The notes under the pieces are model-generated. The model saw only the letters and a program-made list of their open reading frames with translations. It was not told the origin of the DNA and did no database searches. From the NCBI GenBank assembly GCA_026417515.1, contig JAOADC010000022.1, forward strand, positions 1 through 58,672: a stretch of 58,672 bases of DNA, in the 5' to 3' direction. Positions within the stretch are counted from its first letter, which is position 1. Each line of letters begins with the position of its first letter. The DNA is from Actinomycetota bacterium (GTDB lineage: Bacteria > Actinomycetota > Aquicultoria > SKW223). This document shows, piece after piece, positions 55,676 to 58,672 of the stretch. A program made the translations under genes and the position numbers.

Positions 55676-56817
55676 CAGAAATCACCTCTCCTGATCTCCT
55701 CAACAACAAGAGGAAACTCGCTAAGGAAGCGATCATTTTCTTCTGGTGTGCCAATAGTCACACGCAGAAAGGTTTTAAAACGTTCTCCAAAAATTGATCC
55801 GTCTCTTGTTATTACTCCCTTCTTGAGTAATTTTTTAAAGACTAACGTGGAATCAACGGAAGAATCAACGAAAATGAAGTTTGCCTGTGACCTGTAGACC
55901 GTAAATCCTGAACTGGAAAGCTCTGCTTCCATCCTCTCTCGTTCTCTAATGACAATCTGTCTTATCTCCTCATACTCCTCCTCACAATCAAGACAGGCAA
56001 GCGCTGCCGCCTGTGCAACAAGATTTATATTGAATGGCTCACGAATTCTATTTACTGCATCAGCAAGCTCTTCAGGTACAAAACCATATCCCAATCGTAG
56101 ACCGGCTAGACCGTAGGCTTTAGAAAATGACCTTAAAACACAAACATTGGGTAAGCCTTCTTTAAAAATCTCAACTCCTGATACAAAATCCTTATCGGTA
56201 ACAAATTCAGCATACGCTTCATCAAACATTATGAGTATATGTGGAGGAACATTTTTCAGAAAATCATAGATCTGTTTCTTGCGTGTTATGGTTCCAGTTG
56301 GGTTGTTTGGATTGCAGATGATGACCATGGTTACACTATCATCGATCATCTCAAGCATACGATTGAGATCGTGTGCCAAATCATCAGCGGTAAGTGGAAC
56401 CTCAACTTTAACTGCTCCTCTTGACGTAGCAACAATTGGATACATTACAAAAGATGGATCAGCATAAATAACTCTGTCTCCTTCGACAATCACAGCGTCA
56501 GCAATTAGTTTTATCAACTCTGAGGAACCGTTTCCAAAAACAATACATTCTGGGCTAATTCCAAACTTTTCAGAAATTTTCTGCCTCAAATAATACGAAT
56601 GTGAATCAGGATATCTATTGAGTTCTTTTGCAACCTCAAAAACAGCTTGCCTTACCTTCAAGGGTGGTCCATACGGAAGTTCATTTGAAGCAAGTTTTAT
56701 AACATCTTCTATACCTAGTTCTCTTTTAACTTCATCAATTGGTTTTCCAGGAATATAGGGAGATACTCTGTAAATTTCAGGTCTGATTTTAAATCCTCTG
56801 TTGGAATTTGGACGCAT
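55675..56817 (-). CDS. hisC: Histidinol-phosphate / aromatic aminotransferase (class II)
   Basis: It has NPNNPTG and SFSKAYGLAGLRLGY (PLP Lys). It is the first gene of the aromatic operon. Confidence 0.85.
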   Translation of the reverse strand: MRPNSNRGFKIRPEIYRVSPYIPGKPIDEVKRELGIEDVIKLASNELPYGPPLKVRQAVFEVAKELNRYPDSHSYYLRQKISEKFGISPECIVFGNGSSELIKLIADAVIVEGDRVIYADPSFVMYPIVATSRGAVKVEVPLTADDLAHDLNRMLEMIDDSVTMVIICNPNNPTGTITRKKQIYDFLKNVPPHILIMFDEAYAEFVTDKDFVSGVEIFKEGLPNVCVLRSFSKAYGLAGLRLGYGFVPEELADAVNRIREPFNINLVAQAAALACLDCEEEYEEIRQIVIRERERMEAELSSSGFTVYRSQANFIFVDSSVDSTLVFKKLLKKGVITRDGSIFGERFKTFLRVTIGTPEENDRFLSEFPLVVEEIRRGDF

Positions 56818-56894
56818 TTATGACACCTCAGCGCAATTTTTAAGAATTATATAGAATAAGAAAGGATTTAAAAGAAAATTATCTACTAGATGTG

Positions 56895-57470
56895 TTATTT
56901 CTTACCAACAATATCGAAGTTGAATTCAAACTCCTGTTTTGAAAAGTCATAATTTGAACCTGGAACCGGAATGGACTCTCCACCAAAAGTGAACTTTACT
57001 TTATCTATACCTGTGGTCATAGTCAGGCTATTTACAATAGAATAAATGAAGAGGTTTTCTCCTGTGCTTCCCTTTGGATAATAGTCAATGTCAGATTTAA
57101 GAAAATCAACAACTATAACATCATCTTCAACGTTAACTTTAGGAATACTCATATTTTCAGGAACTGTCATCATATAACCCGAAGGGGCAGGACCCTTAAA
57201 AAGTATTTCGATCACTTTTTTAGCCCTTTCTTCCTTTGAATCAATGTCGTCGTATTCAAATGGCCATAGATACATTGCTTCTTTGTCTGCAAAGTAAACT
57301 GTAACAGTATTCTTTGGCTTTTCAGTTGTTTCTTCACTTTGAGTAGCGGGTTTCTTTGTGCTAGTTTTTTCTTCGACTTTTGAATTTTCCTTCTTTGAAG
57401 TGCATCCTGAACCAACAACCAGTGCAAGAACGAGGAGTATTACGAAAACAATAAAGAATAACTTTCTCAT
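56895..57470 (-). CDS. Lipoprotein with GerMN-like domain
   Basis: It has the lipobox VGSGC, a low-complexity K/E/T linker and a C-terminal domain resembling GerMN (VTVYF..., LFKGP). Confidence 0.6.
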   Translation of the reverse strand: MRKLFFIVFVILLVLALVVGSGCTSKKENSKVEEKTSTKKPATQSEETTEKPKNTVTVYFADKEAMYLWPFEYDDIDSKEERAKKVIEILFKGPAPSGYMMTVPENMSIPKVNVEDDVIVVDFLKSDIDYYPKGSTGENLFIYSIVNSLTMTTGIDKVKFTFGGESIPVPGSNYDFSKQEFEFNFDIVGKK

Positions 57471-57627
57471 AATTGCACCTCCTTCCCGCTTTGATTATAG
57501 ACCTCCAAAAACAGGAATAACAGAGAAGAGAGACTTTTTTATTTAATAACAGCACATATAAAATCTTTAATTTTTCATTGCGTGATAGTTTTGTTAAATG
57601 AAAGGCAAATAAAGATATTCTTTGAGT

Positions 57628-58620
57628 TTAGAATTTATGCTCGTATCCATCAGGAAGATTGCCTAAAAACAAGCCTGAGAATTTAATTCCCCTTTCTTTT
57701 TCTACTACCCTTCCTACAACAGTAAATTCGATATTTTTATTTGCCAAATCTCTAATTGTTGGTTCATCAGCTACAAACACAAGCTCATAATCATCGCCAA
57801 AGGAGACGGCGATCTTTAGAGGTTCGATTTCAGGAAAAATTGATTGCAAAACTTTTAACTCTCTGGCAACAGGTATTTGATCAGTAAAAACTTCAAATCC
57901 AACTTTGCTTCTTTCAGCAATGTTTCTGAGTTCTCTAACCAAACCATCGCTCACATCTTCACAACATAAAACTCCTGATGAAGCTAAAATTTTTCCTTCT
58001 TCTATCCTTGGTTTTGGTTTTAAAAACCTTTCTACAGCATTCTCAAAGCCCTCAAAATCTATTCCTTTTTCAAGAACAAAAAACCCTGCAGCTGAAAGCC
58101 CCAGAGTACCCGTTATGCAAACAAAATCTCCTGGCTTTGCCCCACTTCTTGACATTTCATTCTTTGCAAAACCAACTGCCGTTACAGATATAAAAAGAAT
58201 GTCTGATCTATTCGTATCCCCACCAGCAAGCACGCATCCAAAATCTTTACAGGCCTCCTCTACACCTGAAAAAAAACTGGACAGATCATCCAATCGAAAT
58301 CCAGGCTTCAAGCCAACAGTAAGGAAAAGAAAAGCAGGATAAGCTCCGTGACTTGCAAGATCAGAGACATTCACAGCAATGGAACGATAACCCAGGTCTT
58401 TCATTTTGAAGTAAGAAAGATTAAAGTGAACGTTTTCAACTAAAGCATCAGTTGTTACAACAATTTTTTCGCCCCTTTTGCTTCTGAAAGAAAAGCAATC
58501 ATCACCTATTGGTACAGATATCCTCTTATAAAATTTGGAATGTGCTGACGTTCTTTTAAAAATACTTTCAGCAATTCTAATTACATCTGATTCTGAAACC
58601 TTCTTCTCATCAGCAAACAT
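57628..58620 (-). CDS. thiL: Thiamine-monophosphate kinase
   Basis: It has the AIR-synthase-like fold motifs PIGDDCFSF, VTTDALVENVHF and GGDTN. Confidence 0.9.
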   Translation of the reverse strand: MFADEKKVSESDVIRIAESIFKRTSAHSKFYKRISVPIGDDCFSFRSKRGEKIVVTTDALVENVHFNLSYFKMKDLGYRSIAVNVSDLASHGAYPAFLFLTVGLKPGFRLDDLSSFFSGVEEACKDFGCVLAGGDTNRSDILFISVTAVGFAKNEMSRSGAKPGDFVCITGTLGLSAAGFFVLEKGIDFEGFENAVERFLKPKPRIEEGKILASSGVLCCEDVSDGLVRELRNIAERSKVGFEVFTDQIPVARELKVLQSIFPEIEPLKIAVSFGDDYELVFVADEPTIRDLANKNIEFTVVGRVVEKERGIKFSGLFLGNLPDGYEHKF

Positions 58621-58672
58621 CGATATCGGTTCCTAAGTGCTTTCTAACTATCTCAATTGCACAGAACGGTCC
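58610..58672 (-). CDS. 3' end of an unidentified CDS running off the window
   Basis: Only one minus-strand frame is open from the window edge (...GPFCAIEIVRKHLGTDIDVC*). Its TGA overlaps the thiL start by 11 nt. Confidence 0.3.
   Translation of the reverse strand, partial: GPFCAIEIVRKHLGTDIDVC

Noticed and set aside
57628-58620. The AIR-synthase-fold protein could be selenophosphate synthetase SelD, which would support Sec usage.
   Set aside because: The N-terminus lacks the SelD Cys/Sec-containing glycine-rich loop. It has the ThiL pattern (PIGDDCFSF, VTTDALVENVHF), so I called it thiL.
1-58672. I searched by eye for CRISPR arrays, IS elements or transposases, integrases, tRNA/rRNA genes and large riboswitches.
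   Set aside because: The largest non-coding gaps are 209, 177 and 157 bp. They are AT-rich promoter or terminator regions with no cloverleaf-like or repeat-spacer structure, and no ORF resembles a transposase or integrase.

Overview
This 58.7-kb chromosomal window comes from a low-GC bacterium with K/E/I-rich proteins, probably an anaerobe or thermophile. It is densely packed, with about 66 CDS. I recognised no rRNA, tRNA, CRISPR array or IS element. The left arm is on the + strand and carries hisH(partial)-hisA-hisF-hisI-hisE, pnp-M16 peptidase-dapB-rnj-uppP-ftsK-rodZ-like, an archaeal-type NaPRTase, a DD-carboxypeptidase, and gcvT-gcvH-gcvPA-gcvPB-lipoate ligase. A small signalling cluster follows (coiled-coil protein, 87-aa protein, Zn-ribbon-FHA protein, FtsR-like MerR), then a Mut7-C RNase, hpt and an RCK K+ channel. 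The right arm is on the - strand. It reads thiL, GerMN lipoprotein, hisC-aroF-tyrA-aroA, cmk-plsC-ispH-der-plsY-gpsA-rimO-pgsA-cinA-thpR-recA-recX, rny-GHKL ATPase-spoVS-PHP-miaB-miaA-dapF-dapL-hflX, nrdD-redoxin-nrdG-dut, a peroxiredoxin and a macro-domain protein; lexA lies on the + strand between hflX and nrdD. Gene orientation converges at 27.09-27.17 kb, where a terminator and a dif-like site sit. The gene order resembles the conserved Actinobacteria/Firmicutes backbone, so I suspect a deep-branching Terrabacteria (possibly Actinomycetota-related) lineage. Main hunt results: (1) A 175-aa coiled-coil protein (19785-20312) carries two internally repeated copies of the RsiG-type c-di-GMP-binding motif E-x3-S-x2-R-x3-Q-x3-D. 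It has no adjacent sigma factor and is embedded in a gcv-FHA-FtsR-like cluster. (2) A peroxiredoxin has an in-frame TGA in place of its peroxidatic Cys codon, followed by a hairpin whose geometry nearly matches the E. coli fdhF SECIS; a PerR-like palindrome overlaps its promoter. (3) A tightly coupled three-gene cassette of uncharacterised small proteins, including tandem Zn-ribbon/coiled-coil paralogs, lies next to the dif-like site. (4) An orphan GHKL ATPase and a PHP esterase occupy the rny-spoVS neighbourhood where Firmicutes carry ymdB. All functional calls rest on motif recognition by eye; no database search was run.
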